Shown here in pieces: positions 1 through 7,877 of a stretch of DNA of 64,000 bases. Each line of letters begins with the position of its first letter. The stretch's first letter is position 1. Both the position numbers and the translations under genes were made by a program. The DNA comes from a virus. The notes below the pieces were generated by a model, which made no database searches, was not told where the DNA came from, and saw only the letters and a list, made by a program, of their open reading frames with translations. The stretch lies in IMG/VR virus record IMGVR_UViG_3300012987_000001, positions 1 through 64,000 of that record; one strand, given 5' to 3'.

Positions 1-120
1 CAGCACGCTCAACGCCGAGTCGCGGGAGACCAGCACGCTCAACGCCGAGTCGCGGGAGACCAGCACGCTCAACGCCGAGTCGTGGGAGACCAGCACGCTC
101 AACGCCGAGTCGCGGGGGTA
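1..120 (+). repeat. Tandem direct repeat, 30-bp unit (CAGCACGCTCAACGCCGAGTCGCGGGAGAC), about 4 copies, cut by the window edge
   Basis: Copies 1-30 and 31-60 are identical, 61-90 has one mismatch, and 91-120 diverges in its last 4 nt. The period is a multiple of 3 and in frame with the downstream ORF, encoding the decapeptide STLNAESRET. Confidence 0.95.
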
Positions 121-622
121 CTCGCGGATCTGTCTGCGTGGCTCAGCAAAGGCGACGGCTGACAAGTGCGTGTCGGTGCTGCTCATCGGCGACAAGCCAC
201 AGGTAATAGGGGGCGGATTCGTGCAGCGCGTGGTCGTCAACACAGCGCAGGCTTGGTGCGACTACTACGGCGTCGCGATCGAGACCGAGCACGCCATCTT
301 ATTCAAGAGCCTCGACGCGAACTTCGTCGCGAAGTGGCGAGGGTTTCGCTACGAGCCTGGCACAGCACCCGAGTGTGACGACTGGGATCCGAAGCGCGAA
401 TGCGGCGGCGGCTTGCATTTTTCGCCGACCCCGCGTCACGCGCTGGAGTTCTACGATTCTCCCGGACGCCGTTTCGTCGCGTGCCGTGTCGCGCTCTCCG
501 ATATCGTCGTACACCCAGACGGGGAATACCCGCATAAATGCAAGGCTCCTCGCGTAGCGGAAATTTGGGAAGTCGATATCAATGGGAGAAGAATTGGGTT
601 ATCCGGCGGAGCCGCAGGATGA
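2..622 (+). CDS. 5'-truncated repeat protein: decapeptide repeats followed by a Cys-containing globular C-terminal domain (CGGGLHF motif, possibly DUF7666-like)
   Basis: Frame 2 is open from the window edge through the track ORF 170..622 with no stop. The repeats translate as STLNAESRET x3-4, then GYSRICLRGSAKATADKCVSVLLIGD. The C-terminal domain call rests on recalled motifs only. Confidence 0.7.
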   Translation, partial: STLNAESRETSTLNAESRETSTLNAESWETSTLNAESRGYSRICLRGSAKATADKCVSVLLIGDKPQVIGGGFVQRVVVNTAQAWCDYYGVAIETEHAILFKSLDANFVAKWRGFRYEPGTAPECDDWDPKRECGGGLHFSPTPRHALEFYDSPGRRFVACRVALSDIVVHPDGEYPHKCKAPRVAEIWEVDINGRRIGLSGGAAG

Positions 623-831
623 CTGTCGCCGCCACCTCCGGCTGGATCATCGAACACCAACACCAGGACTCCACCTGGAGCCGCGTCACCAAGGGGCTAC
701 CTGACGAGCTCTCCCAGGAGCAGGCACAGGCTTACGCAGATGCGCTGAGTCGAGAGGAGACGCTATTTCGATTTCGTGAGGGTGGGCGGTGTCGTGCAAT
801 GCTTTTGGTGAAGGAGAATGGTGATGGTTGA
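619..831 (+). CDS. Hypothetical protein (70 aa)
   Basis: Internal ATG of track ORF 538..831 forms an ATGA overlap with the stop of the upstream gene (620-622). Confidence 0.6.
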   Translation: MTVAATSGWIIEHQHQDSTWSRVTKGLPDELSQEQAQAYADALSREETLFRFREGGRCRAMLLVKENGDG

Positions 832-1675
832 GCAGAAATTCTATCAGTCACAGCCCGAGGTGTTGCCGGCGACGTTGCCGGCAGGCGCACGCAACTGCAA
901 CGGCATCGTGTTCCTGTCCGAGATGCGTCTGAACGGTGAATGCTACAACGGGCGCGTACGCTTCGTGAGTGGCGCCGAGGAAGTGGGCGACGTGCATATA
1001 CGAACCGTCGATTGGGCCTCGGTTCCCGTTGCGCAGCTCGAGCCCGCAGACCGCCCAATTCAAGCCGGCGATTGGGTGGAGTGTGTGAACCAGGGGACAG
1101 CGACATTTCTTCGACAGGGTGAGAAGTATCTCATAGAGAGCGTCCAGGCGCTCGATGGCAATCGCCGTCTGCAGCTGCTAGGAAGCGCCATCTTTTGGCG
1201 GGAGTTCCGCTTCAAGCGCGTCGAAGGCCCGCATTCTGAATCTGCGCCAGAGCGCGAGCCGTGCTGCATGGCCGACGCTGGAGGCTATGCGTGCTCCTGC
1301 CCACGGCCACGCCTGCATCCGGATAAGCTCTGCGCTGGCTGCGAGCAGCCCGTCGGCTACTGCGCAGAGAATTGCCCAGACAGGTCGCGCGAAAACTCAT
1401 CCGTCCCCGTAGGGACCGGGAATGCTCAGTCGTCGGGGATGGGTGAGAAGTGCCGCAGCTGCTCGTCGGGTGTCGCCCTGCCAAAGCACGACTACTGCGT
1501 CTACTGCTCGAACCGCTTCGAGAAGGACGAGGGCGCGTTCAGCTTCGACGATGACGACTCGACTGCGCTGTTTGTAGGCCTGGCCTCCGAACAACCCCGC
1601 GTGAGTGCGGCTACCCGAAAGATGCTCGCTGGTGGGCACCCTTGGGAAGAGTTTGATGAATTGGAGAGCCGATGA
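818..1675 (+). CDS. Hypothetical Cys-rich protein (several CxxC pairs in the C-terminal half)
   Basis: Track ORF with G/C-rich third codon positions. Its start overlaps the upstream stop (alternative ATG at 824). Motifs include CAGCEQP..YCAENC and CRSC..YCVYC. Confidence 0.7.
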   Translation: MVMVEQKFYQSQPEVLPATLPAGARNCNGIVFLSEMRLNGECYNGRVRFVSGAEEVGDVHIRTVDWASVPVAQLEPADRPIQAGDWVECVNQGTATFLRQGEKYLIESVQALDGNRRLQLLGSAIFWREFRFKRVEGPHSESAPEREPCCMADAGGYACSCPRPRLHPDKLCAGCEQPVGYCAENCPDRSRENSSVPVGTGNAQSSGMGEKCRSCSSGVALPKHDYCVYCSNRFEKDEGAFSFDDDDSTALFVGLASEQPRVSAATRKMLAGGHPWEEFDELESR

Positions 1676-2298
1676 CCACTTCGACAGAGCCATCGCCAAT
1701 CGTGCGCGCGTTCGGCGGTGCAACGGTTGGCTTCGAATGCCCGTCCTGCAAACGGATCCAGGTTGTGCCGGAGGCTGGCTTCCACTGGCTCAACGGCGAG
1801 CAACCAATGGACTGGGCGAAGCGGCAGTCGGCCGAGTGCTGCGGCCCTTGGCGATGCGATACGCATGGCAAGGAGCTGAAACGCGGCCATTCCTGTTCTG
1901 AGTGCCGCACGGCAGAGGACGCCGCCAAGCTTCAGAAGAAGTACGAATCGGCGACCAAACTAGCGTTGAGCGAGTACGATGGCACGTACCTGTACAGAGA
2001 GGGCTTCGGTCGCGAAGGGTTCTTTCGGGTCGATGACCTCGACGACATGAAGCGCAGCGGGGCTGTGCCGGATTGGGCGTTCGGCTGCGACGTGCGCACC
2101 GTCACGGAAGACGACTGCGATCTTGAGGACCACGTTGCGGAAGGCGTCCTCTCCGATCATCACGAGGACGCCTATGATTGGGTGGACGACGAGAAAGTGA
2201 AGGCTGCGTCGAAGCTAATTTTCGAGGCGTGCGCGGATATCAAGACGTACGACACCGACTACAGCTGCGTGGTGCTGCTTTCGGGAGAGCAAGGATGA
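1672..2298 (+). CDS. Hypothetical Cys-rich, acidic protein
   Basis: Track ORF with an ATGA overlap with the upstream stop. Motifs include CPSC..CC..C..CSEC. Confidence 0.7.
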   Translation: MTTSTEPSPIVRAFGGATVGFECPSCKRIQVVPEAGFHWLNGEQPMDWAKRQSAECCGPWRCDTHGKELKRGHSCSECRTAEDAAKLQKKYESATKLALSEYDGTYLYREGFGREGFFRVDDLDDMKRSGAVPDWAFGCDVRTVTEDDCDLEDHVAEGVLSDHHEDAYDWVDDEKVKAASKLIFEACADIKTYDTDYSCVVLLSGEQG

Positions 2299-2762
2299 CC
2301 AATCCCACAACCCCCACCCAAGTCGAACTAGATGAGCTGGAGGCGACCGTCAAAGCCGGTACACCTGGCCCATGGCATCGCGAGATGATCGAACTAGGAC
2401 CCGGCGGCCCCATGACGCTCGGAGTCGGCGCCCAGACGGCGCCCATCTGCATCGTCAACGGCATCGTCGAGTCGCCTCTCGGAAACCGCAACGTCGCGGC
2501 AATCGTCGCCATGCGCAACAGCATCGAAGCTCTGATAGCCGAGGTACGGGCGCATCGGTGGATTCCGTGCAGTGAGCGGATGCCGGAGCCGCTGGTCCGG
2601 GTTCTGGTAGCCGTTGACAGCGAGACGCACATCGGGTGCTGGGAAAGTAGTGCGTGGTGGTCACCGACAGCTGGTGATTATGACGGCCGCGTGCCCGTTG
2701 GCGAAGTTACCCACTGGATGCCGCTCCCCGCCCCACCCGCAGTGAAGGAGCCGACGCCGTGA
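2295..2762 (+). CDS. Ea22-like N-terminal region plus DUF551-like C-terminal domain protein
   Basis: Internal ATG (M40 of ORF 2178..2762) in an ATGA overlap. The C-terminus WIPCSERMPE...THWMPLPAPP matches the recalled DUF551 pattern. Confidence 0.7.
   Translation: MTNPTTPTQVELDELEATVKAGTPGPWHREMIELGPGGPMTLGVGAQTAPICIVNGIVESPLGNRNVAAIVAMRNSIEALIAEVRAHRWIPCSERMPEPLVRVLVAVDSETHIGCWESSAWWSPTAGDYDGRVPVGEVTHWMPLPAPPAVKEPTP
2739..2754 (+). repeat. Gene-junction cassette copy 1 (GCAGTGAAGGAGCCGA)
   Basis: Encodes the C-terminal AVKEP of the upstream gene and carries an AAGGAG Shine-Dalgarno 8 nt before the GTG start at 2759. Confidence 0.9.
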
Positions 2763-3004
2763 GTAAATATGCGCCCGACTCGCCTACGTTAGAAGACCGT
2801 CCGTGTGATGTCTGCGGCCGCGACCCGGAAGATTGCATTTGCCCCGAGTGCTCAGCTTGCAACAGTCCCGGCGATCCGCTGTGTCTCGTCAGCGGTGGCC
2901 CTGGCTGCGAAAGCCTATCCGACGAGTCCAAGCAAGCGCTTCGCGCGGTGGCGCGCGCTGCCCTCGCTCGATTGGCAGTGAAGGAGCCGACTAGTGGAAG
3001 TTGA
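2759..3004 (+). CDS. Hypothetical small Cys-rich protein (81 aa)
   Basis: Track ORF with a GTG start 8 nt after AAGGAG. Motif CDVC..CICPECSAC. Confidence 0.7.
   Translation: MSKYAPDSPTLEDRPCDVCGRDPEDCICPECSACNSPGDPLCLVSGGPGCESLSDESKQALRAVARAALARLAVKEPTSGS
2975..2990 (+). repeat. Gene-junction cassette copy 2 (GCAGTGAAGGAGCCGA)
   Basis: Same 16-mer, encoding ..AVKEPT near the C-terminus. AAGGAG lies 7 nt before the GTG start at 2994. Confidence 0.9.
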
Positions 3005-3176
3005 ACCGAAACCAGACGTGTATCTGGAGCTCAAATGCTGCTGCGGAGCCCAACTGTTCATCGAAGCTCGCAACAAGGGCACATTCGAGAGTTACCTGAG
3101 ACAGGTCGCGATCGACTTCATCGCCGCCCACAAGCACACGTGCGCAGGACCGCCCGCAGTGAAGGAGCCGAGGTGA
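2994..3176 (+). CDS. Hypothetical small protein (60 aa)
   Basis: Track ORF with a GTG start after a cassette copy. It ends in PPAVKEPR. Confidence 0.65.
   Translation: MEVEPKPDVYLELKCCCGAQLFIEARNKGTFESYLRQVAIDFIAAHKHTCAGPPAVKEPR
3156..3171 (+). repeat. Gene-junction cassette copy 3 (GCAGTGAAGGAGCCGA; 19-nt identity with copy 1)
   Basis: Same 16-mer. AAGGAG lies 5 nt before the GTG at 3173 and 8 nt before the ATG at 3176. Confidence 0.9.
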
Positions 3177-3412
3177 TGGCTGAAGCGATGCCATGGGTTT
3201 TTGGTCACAAGCTTGAGCACCACGCGCCATCGGGGCTGTTTATAGCCGATATCGGCACGCTGCGAATCGGCATCGAGAAGCAGACTCACTCCTATGCCTG
3301 GTTCGTTGGCCACGTGGCGCACGGGGTGGCGAACAGTCGGCTGCTCGCGGTCGACGCAATCAAAGATGAGATTCGCAAGCTTCGGGACCAGCTGCAGGAG
3401 ATAACCAAATGA
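3176..3412 (+). CDS. Hypothetical protein (78 aa)
   Basis: M48 of track ORF 3035..3412. The start overlaps the upstream TGA and follows a cassette SD. Confidence 0.65.
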   Translation: MAEAMPWVFGHKLEHHAPSGLFIADIGTLRIGIEKQTHSYAWFVGHVAHGVANSRLLAVDAIKDEIRKLRDQLQEITK

Positions 3413-3846
3413 CCGACTCAACCAAGCCCGGAGCCGGTGCGGCGGTGACGCGAACAAGCCTAGCCGCAGAGGCGCTGGCTTTGCTGACGGGATTCAGTGG
3501 CGCCCCGTTGTCACATGGTGACCTGACGATTATTCGCGCTGCGCTGACCGCGGCGAGCGGAGAGCAGCAGAGCGCCGTGCTCGACCTGGCGGCGGAATAC
3601 GTTCGCGGCCAACGATCCCGCGACGCTGAGGTGGAGAGGCTGACTCGGGAGCTGGCGGAGACGAAGGCTGGGTTAGCCCAACACGAAGCCATTCCCATGC
3701 TCGCTGAGATGAGTCGCGATCGACTGGCGAAAGACCTGGAGCTGGTCAACGATGCCATCAACTACGACACGCACCCGACTGCGGTACTGGCCTTCCAGCG
3801 GATTGAGGATTGCATCACCGCAGCCCTGGCTCGAGGTGGCAAATGA
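3409..3846 (+). CDS. Hypothetical protein (145 aa)
   Basis: Track ORF with an ATGA overlap with the upstream stop. Confidence 0.7.
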   Translation: MTDSTKPGAGAAVTRTSLAAEALALLTGFSGAPLSHGDLTIIRAALTAASGEQQSAVLDLAAEYVRGQRSRDAEVERLTRELAETKAGLAQHEAIPMLAEMSRDRLAKDLELVNDAINYDTHPTAVLAFQRIEDCITAALARGGK

Positions 3847-4274
3847 CCGAGACGGTGGAGAGATGCCCTATCTGCCGCAGACAGCTCGGCACCAACCCGC
3901 CCACGGTTGTTGGTTGCTGCTACGTCCACCTTTTCGAAGGTGACGAAGGTACCGCGGGCGCGCATAGGTGGGACTGCTACGAGAGGGGCGTTGCCATTCG
4001 TGACGCCGAACTCGCCACCCTTCGCGAGCGGGAGCGGCTGGAACCAATCGAGCTTCCGCCTGTCGATTCTTTGCCGCCGCTGAACGTCGACCCCGACGCT
4101 TTGCCAAAGCTGCGTGAACATGCGCGCCTCGCCCGTGAAGAGCGAGAGCTGGAAACTGCGGTGGTCGAGGCTGCTGTTGACTACGTCGGCTCGTTGGATG
4201 CCGGTACACCGCTGGACCGCGCAATCGACGCGCTTGTCGCTCATCGACAGAGGAACAACGATGGAAACCGCTGA
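3843..4274 (+). CDS. Hypothetical protein with an N-terminal CxxC...CC motif and a helical C-terminal part
   Basis: M12 of ORF 3810..4274 gives an ATGA overlap with the upstream stop. Confidence 0.65.
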   Translation: MTETVERCPICRRQLGTNPPTVVGCCYVHLFEGDEGTAGAHRWDCYERGVAIRDAELATLRERERLEPIELPPVDSLPPLNVDPDALPKLREHARLAREERELETAVVEAAVDYVGSLDAGTPLDRAIDALVAHRQRNNDGNR

Positions 4275-4539
4275 AGAGTTTGCTGTACGCCTCGTAACGC
4301 ATCTGGCTGATACGCTGATCGCGTCGCGCATGAGCCCTCGTGAAGCGAAAGCACATGCCATAGCGCTCATCGAAGCAGACCGCGCCGCCGTGGCGCTGGC
4401 GGCGAAGCGAGAGGTTCTGGAAGAGATTCGAGACTACACGGCTTCCGCGTACCCGAACTCTGGTGACTGGCAGCGTCGCTACGAAGCTTTGCTGAGTTTT
4501 CTCGACGCCAAGTACACGCGACACGGAGGCGTGAGGTGA
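4261..4539 (+). CDS. Hypothetical protein (92 aa)
   Basis: M50 of ORF 4114..4539 (METAEEF...). It overlaps the upstream 3' end by 14 nt. Confidence 0.6.
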   Translation: METAEEFAVRLVTHLADTLIASRMSPREAKAHAIALIEADRAAVALAAKREVLEEIRDYTASAYPNSGDWQRRYEALLSFLDAKYTRHGGVR

Positions 4540-4754
4540 GCAAGCGACAAGTGTGGGTCGTGGAATACAAGGCTCGCAACGGATGCTGGATGACTCAAAT
4601 CCCAGCCCATTCGCGCAAGCAAGCTCATGAGTACCTGAGCGAGTTTCGTCGCGTGAACCCGAAATTGGAATCCCGAGTTGAGCGCTATGTCCCATCGTCG
4701 TCTGACGCGGCGGTAGCGGCTACGCTGAGGAGCTGGCAACATGAAACCGAGTGA
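4536..4754 (+). CDS. Hypothetical protein (72 aa)
   Basis: Track ORF with a GTGA overlap with the upstream stop. Confidence 0.65.
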   Translation: MSKRQVWVVEYKARNGCWMTQIPAHSRKQAHEYLSEFRRVNPKLESRVERYVPSSSDAAVAATLRSWQHETE

Positions 4755-5817
4755 ACGCATTGCACAGCTTGCCGATTCTCTGCGCCCTCATCTGAAGGGG
4801 ACGAGTCTGGAAACCAGTGAGGTCGAGTTGCGCCTTTGCTGCGTCATCACCTACCTCGACGAGGCGGAAGAGCGGCGGCATCCGATTGCGAAGGCTCGCC
4901 CGGAGAAAGCACCAGAGACAAAGCTTCTCGTGTCCGATTCGTGGCAGCGAAGCAAAATAGCCAGCGACCCGGAGGTCGACACCGAAGCAGGGCTACCGCT
5001 TCCGCTGAAGTTCGAGCCGACGCCGATGATATCAGAGCCACTCTCACCGGAGAGCTTCGCGGCAGCTGCGGCGTTTCATGCTCACCCAGCGCCACCATCG
5101 TCACCGGGTGAGGACAAGCCGGAGCGCGCGCTGGAAGGCTGCGCGAAGCACGGGCACATCCACTGCACCGAATGCCAACGAGAGCATGCCGTTCGCAGAA
5201 TTCGTGAAGAGCGCGACCACTATCGGGATAAGAAGCAGGAAGGTGACCAGCGAGAAGCGTCGCTGTTGGACGACATCGGTCAGTTTCGCGAGGAGCTAGA
5301 GCGGGTCAGGGCGGAGAAGGCGAGGCTGGAGACGAAGCTGCGCGAGCATGCAGACGCAGATGGTATCCGGGCCGAGCTTGCGAAGCGTGAGGCGGAGCTC
5401 AAAAGCTTGTTCGTGGTGGCTGAGGCCGCGCGAGAGTTGAGCGGCACCTGTCGGAAATTGCAGTCGGTTGTGGAGGCAGCACGCTACATCGTTCGCTTGA
5501 AGCATCACCCCATGGGCGAGCAGCACGACGAGAATGCTATGGCGAGCCTGATGTTGCGATTGGACGAGCTCGACGACGCTGCCCTAGAGCAGCCTCAAGC
5601 TGAGCCGGAGAGGGAGATTGTGGTGGGGTTGACCTGCCAGTGGCACGAGGAGCACGAAGCCGACGACGGCACCATAACAACGGGGCCCGATTGCGGTGAG
5701 CCGGCTACCTACCGTTCCTGCATTCCGTACATGAACACGCCCACCTGCGCGCAGCACAAGTGCCGATGCGCCAAGCCGATCGCCAGCGACCCGCCGGTCA
5801 GCGAGGGGGAGGGGTGA
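4741..5817 (+). CDS. Hypothetical coiled-coil protein with Cys clusters (358 aa)
   Basis: Track ORF. The central region has heptad-like charged repeats (LEELERVRAEKARLETKLRE). CTEC and C..C motifs flank it. Confidence 0.75.
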   Translation: MKPSERIAQLADSLRPHLKGTSLETSEVELRLCCVITYLDEAEERRHPIAKARPEKAPETKLLVSDSWQRSKIASDPEVDTEAGLPLPLKFEPTPMISEPLSPESFAAAAAFHAHPAPPSSPGEDKPERALEGCAKHGHIHCTECQREHAVRRIREERDHYRDKKQEGDQREASLLDDIGQFREELERVRAEKARLETKLREHADADGIRAELAKREAELKSLFVVAEAARELSGTCRKLQSVVEAARYIVRLKHHPMGEQHDENAMASLMLRLDELDDAALEQPQAEPEREIVVGLTCQWHEEHEADDGTITTGPDCGEPATYRSCIPYMNTPTCAQHKCRCAKPIASDPPVSEGEG

Positions 5818-6098
5818 TGCCTCAACCCCAAACAATCACCCACGTGGCCATCAGGTTCCGAGGCGCAGTCTACTCGCTCCCGGCTCCCAATCGCCACCAC
5901 GACGTAATCCGGATGATCGTTGAACAGACTGGCGCCGAATGCGTCGACGCGCGCGATGACGACCAGGGATTCTTGATCGACGGCGAGCGCTATTGTCGCC
6001 GTCGTCCAGCGTTGCGAATCGCGCTGGAGTCTGGCCAGTGCAAGCCCGACGCGCTTGGGGTTCGGCTGGGTCGGCTTTTCTCGGAGGACGTGTGGTGA
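5817..6098 (+). CDS. Conserved-looking phage hypothetical protein (93 aa; motifs RHHD, QGFL, SEDVW)
   Basis: M20 of ORF 5760..6098, with a TGATG overlap with the upstream stop. Confidence 0.65.
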   Translation: MPQPQTITHVAIRFRGAVYSLPAPNRHHDVIRMIVEQTGAECVDARDDDQGFLIDGERYCRRRPALRIALESGQCKPDALGVRLGRLFSEDVW

Positions 6099-6286
6099 TG
6101 GTCCTGCTCCAAGTGTGGGCCTCCGGCATGCCCATCGCGTTCGGCGTGTACGTTTGGGCGTGCGGCACGGAGTTCTTCACCGATAGCGTCGAGGGCTTTC
6201 TAACGCTCGCGGCGACCGTCGTGCTCTGGCCGCTGTTCTTTACGGTCATTGTTGCGACGATGCTCCTCGGATGCGGTGACGGCTGA
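6098..6286 (+). CDS. Small membrane protein (62 aa, two hydrophobic helices)
   Basis: M36 of ORF 5993..6286, with a TGATG overlap. Hydrophobic stretches are MVLLQVWASGMPIAFGVYVWA and FLTLAATVVLWPLFFTVIVATMLL. Confidence 0.6.
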   Translation: MVLLQVWASGMPIAFGVYVWACGTEFFTDSVEGFLTLAATVVLWPLFFTVIVATMLLGCGDG

Positions 6287-6362
6287 TGCTCTCCCTCCGC
6301 GAAAACTTCCTCGCAGTCCACGTTGACGTCGACTACGAGGACTGGGGCACAAAAGCGAAAAG

Positions 6363-6387
6363 GCCACCGACGCCGAAGCGTGGTGGC
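6363..6387 (+). terminator. GC-rich hairpin after the + strand early operon (GCCACC-G-ACGC CGAA GCGT-GGTGGC)
   Basis: A 10-bp interrupted stem with a CGAA tetraloop lies about 75 nt after the stop at 6286. There is no U-tract, so terminator function is uncertain. Confidence 0.4.
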
Positions 6388-6425
6388 TAGCTGTCAGACT
6401 TCGCTAACTGAAGCGTCATTGAGAC

Positions 6426-6974
6426 ATGAGAAGCCGAATGAAACGAGCCGACGCTGTGATCGCACTTGGGATCGCCGGGTACCATAATGACCAGCATGCT
6501 TTCGTTCGGATCTACGTCGAGAACCGAATCAGCAGGGAGGTCGCCGAAAGAGCATTCCGTCGCGGCGCCGCACTCAAGCTTGCTGGCGTCGGGTGCACAT
6601 GTTTCGAGTGCAGGGAGTCAAAAAACATCATGAACAAGCCAACGTACGAATCCGATAAGCATCACGCGGTCCTCTCGGGTATGGCCAATCAGGCCGCAGC
6701 CGACTACGCCGCCCGGCTTCAGCAACACCCGTCGCGCGGCGCACAGGTACTCACTTCCCTGGACCGCGCAAGCCACGTCTTGGCGCTCGACACCTGGGCA
6801 GCCATCCATGAGCTTGGCTCTGTTCACCTTCAGCATCGGCGCAACATGTCCACCACTGAATCGCTCTTCCAGGTCGTGCTCACCGCGCGCGACAGCTTGG
6901 ACCTAGAGTCTGGGTGGTTCTCGACAGCGGACGAGGCGCGAGCGGCGATGATAGCGGCCCTCCAGGGGGAATAG
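6426..6974 (+). CDS. Hypothetical protein (182 aa), stand-alone gene
   Basis: Track ORF preceded by a 140-nt gap and followed by a strong hairpin. No domain was recognised. Confidence 0.65.
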   Translation: MRSRMKRADAVIALGIAGYHNDQHAFVRIYVENRISREVAERAFRRGAALKLAGVGCTCFECRESKNIMNKPTYESDKHHAVLSGMANQAAADYAARLQQHPSRGAQVLTSLDRASHVLALDTWAAIHELGSVHLQHRRNMSTTESLFQVVLTARDSLDLESGWFSTADEARAAMIAALQGE

Positions 6975-6987
6975 GCCGACAAAACGT

Positions 6988-7029
6988 GGTGACGCCCGCC
7001 AGACCCTTTCGGATCCCGCGGGCGTCACC
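6988..7029. terminator. Bidirectional terminator-like hairpin between convergent genes
   Basis: A perfect 12-bp stem (GGTGACGCCCGC / GCGGGCGTCACC) with an 18-nt loop sits between the + gene ending at 6974 and the - gene ending at 7045. Confidence 0.6.
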
Positions 7030-7044
7030 GTGCGTGCGCAAGCA

Positions 7045-7272
7045 CTACCCCTGATTCCTGTTGAAGCACTCCTCGGCGTACTTGAGGATCCGCCCCTGGT
7101 CTTCGTTTGAAGAGCCCGCGTAGTACCTCACGAGAAGGGCGGCTAGGTGCTCAATCCCCTTCGGCGTAGTGGGCGCCTCGGGGTCTATGAAGCGGCCCGC
7201 TTCGTGGTTTGGAGGTGCGGACGGGAGCGGGCTGCGCTTGCGCGGCGGGAGTGGCGGTGGGTTGTCCGCCAC
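7045..7272 (-). CDS. Hypothetical protein (75 aa, Pro-rich N-terminus)
   Basis: Track ORF, the last gene of the minus-strand block. Confidence 0.6.
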   Translation of the reverse strand: MADNPPPLPPRKRSPLPSAPPNHEAGRFIDPEAPTTPKGIEHLAALLVRYYAGSSNEDQGRILKYAEECFNRNQG

Positions 7273-7274
7273 GG

Positions 7275-7874
7275 CTACTTCGTCCGCTCGTTGAAGCGCT
7301 CGCGGAGTCTGTCCTGCGAATCCTGCAAACGGTCGACCTTGGTCTCTAGCCCGTCTAGCCGGTGGACGCTCGCGGCGTTCTGCGTGGTGAGCTCAGCGCG
7401 GAGAGCGGCCATCTCGTCGCGTACGGCTTTCAGCGCGGGCGTGGGGTCTTCCGCTGCCGGCTTATTGATCCAGGCAGTCACGGCGCCGCCAACGCACGCG
7501 ATCAGCGCGAGAGCGACGGCGCTGGGCATCGACATCGACCACTTGCCCTTGCCGAGCACGACCTGACCAGTGGGCGGTGGCTCTGAGCGCGAGCCAATCA
7601 CCGGCCGCATTGACTCCGGCGGAGGCGGGTTAACGGGCTCTGGCCGGCGTTCTGCGGGCGGGGCGAGGCCGAGTAGGGTCGGCTCGTCCCGATGGCTCTC
7701 CAAGCGCGGCCGTGGCCCCTCGTAGCCCTTGGGCGGGGCCATGCGCATCGGGGCCGGCGGAGGCTCGGTGGGGGCCTCCTGGCTCGGGATGGGGGTGTGC
7801 AGCCCGCGGGCCGCGTTGACCTCGGTGACATCCGGCGGCCAGCCGCGCTTGGGTGGGTCCTTGGGCGGCGGCAT
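7275..7874 (-). CDS. Pro-rich membrane protein with a central TM helix and a C-terminal coiled coil (lysis-associated, spanin-like?)
   Basis: Track ORF. It has a ~110-aa Pro-rich N-terminus, then MPSAVALALIACVGGAVTAWI, then heptad-like AALRAELTTQ...LQDSQDRLRERF. It lies in the lysis cassette. Confidence 0.6.
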   Translation of the reverse strand: MPPPKDPPKRGWPPDVTEVNAARGLHTPIPSQEAPTEPPPAPMRMAPPKGYEGPRPRLESHRDEPTLLGLAPPAERRPEPVNPPPPESMRPVIGSRSEPPPTGQVVLGKGKWSMSMPSAVALALIACVGGAVTAWINKPAAEDPTPALKAVRDEMAALRAELTTQNAASVHRLDGLETKVDRLQDSQDRLRERFNERTK

Positions 7875-7877
7875 GGC

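Noticed and set aside
1-120. The 30-bp direct repeats at the window start could be a CRISPR array.
   Set aside because: The repeats are contiguous with no spacers. The unit is a multiple of 3 and in frame with a downstream ORF. No cas genes or leader sequence are present. It is a coding tandem repeat.
7598-7831. A +1-frame ORF embedded in 7275..7874 could be an Rz1-like outer spanin (MSPRSTRPAGCTPPS...).
   Set aside because: There is no hydrophobic signal h-region before the Cys, so it is not a lipoprotein precursor. Its composition is an Arg/Pro-rich off-frame translation.
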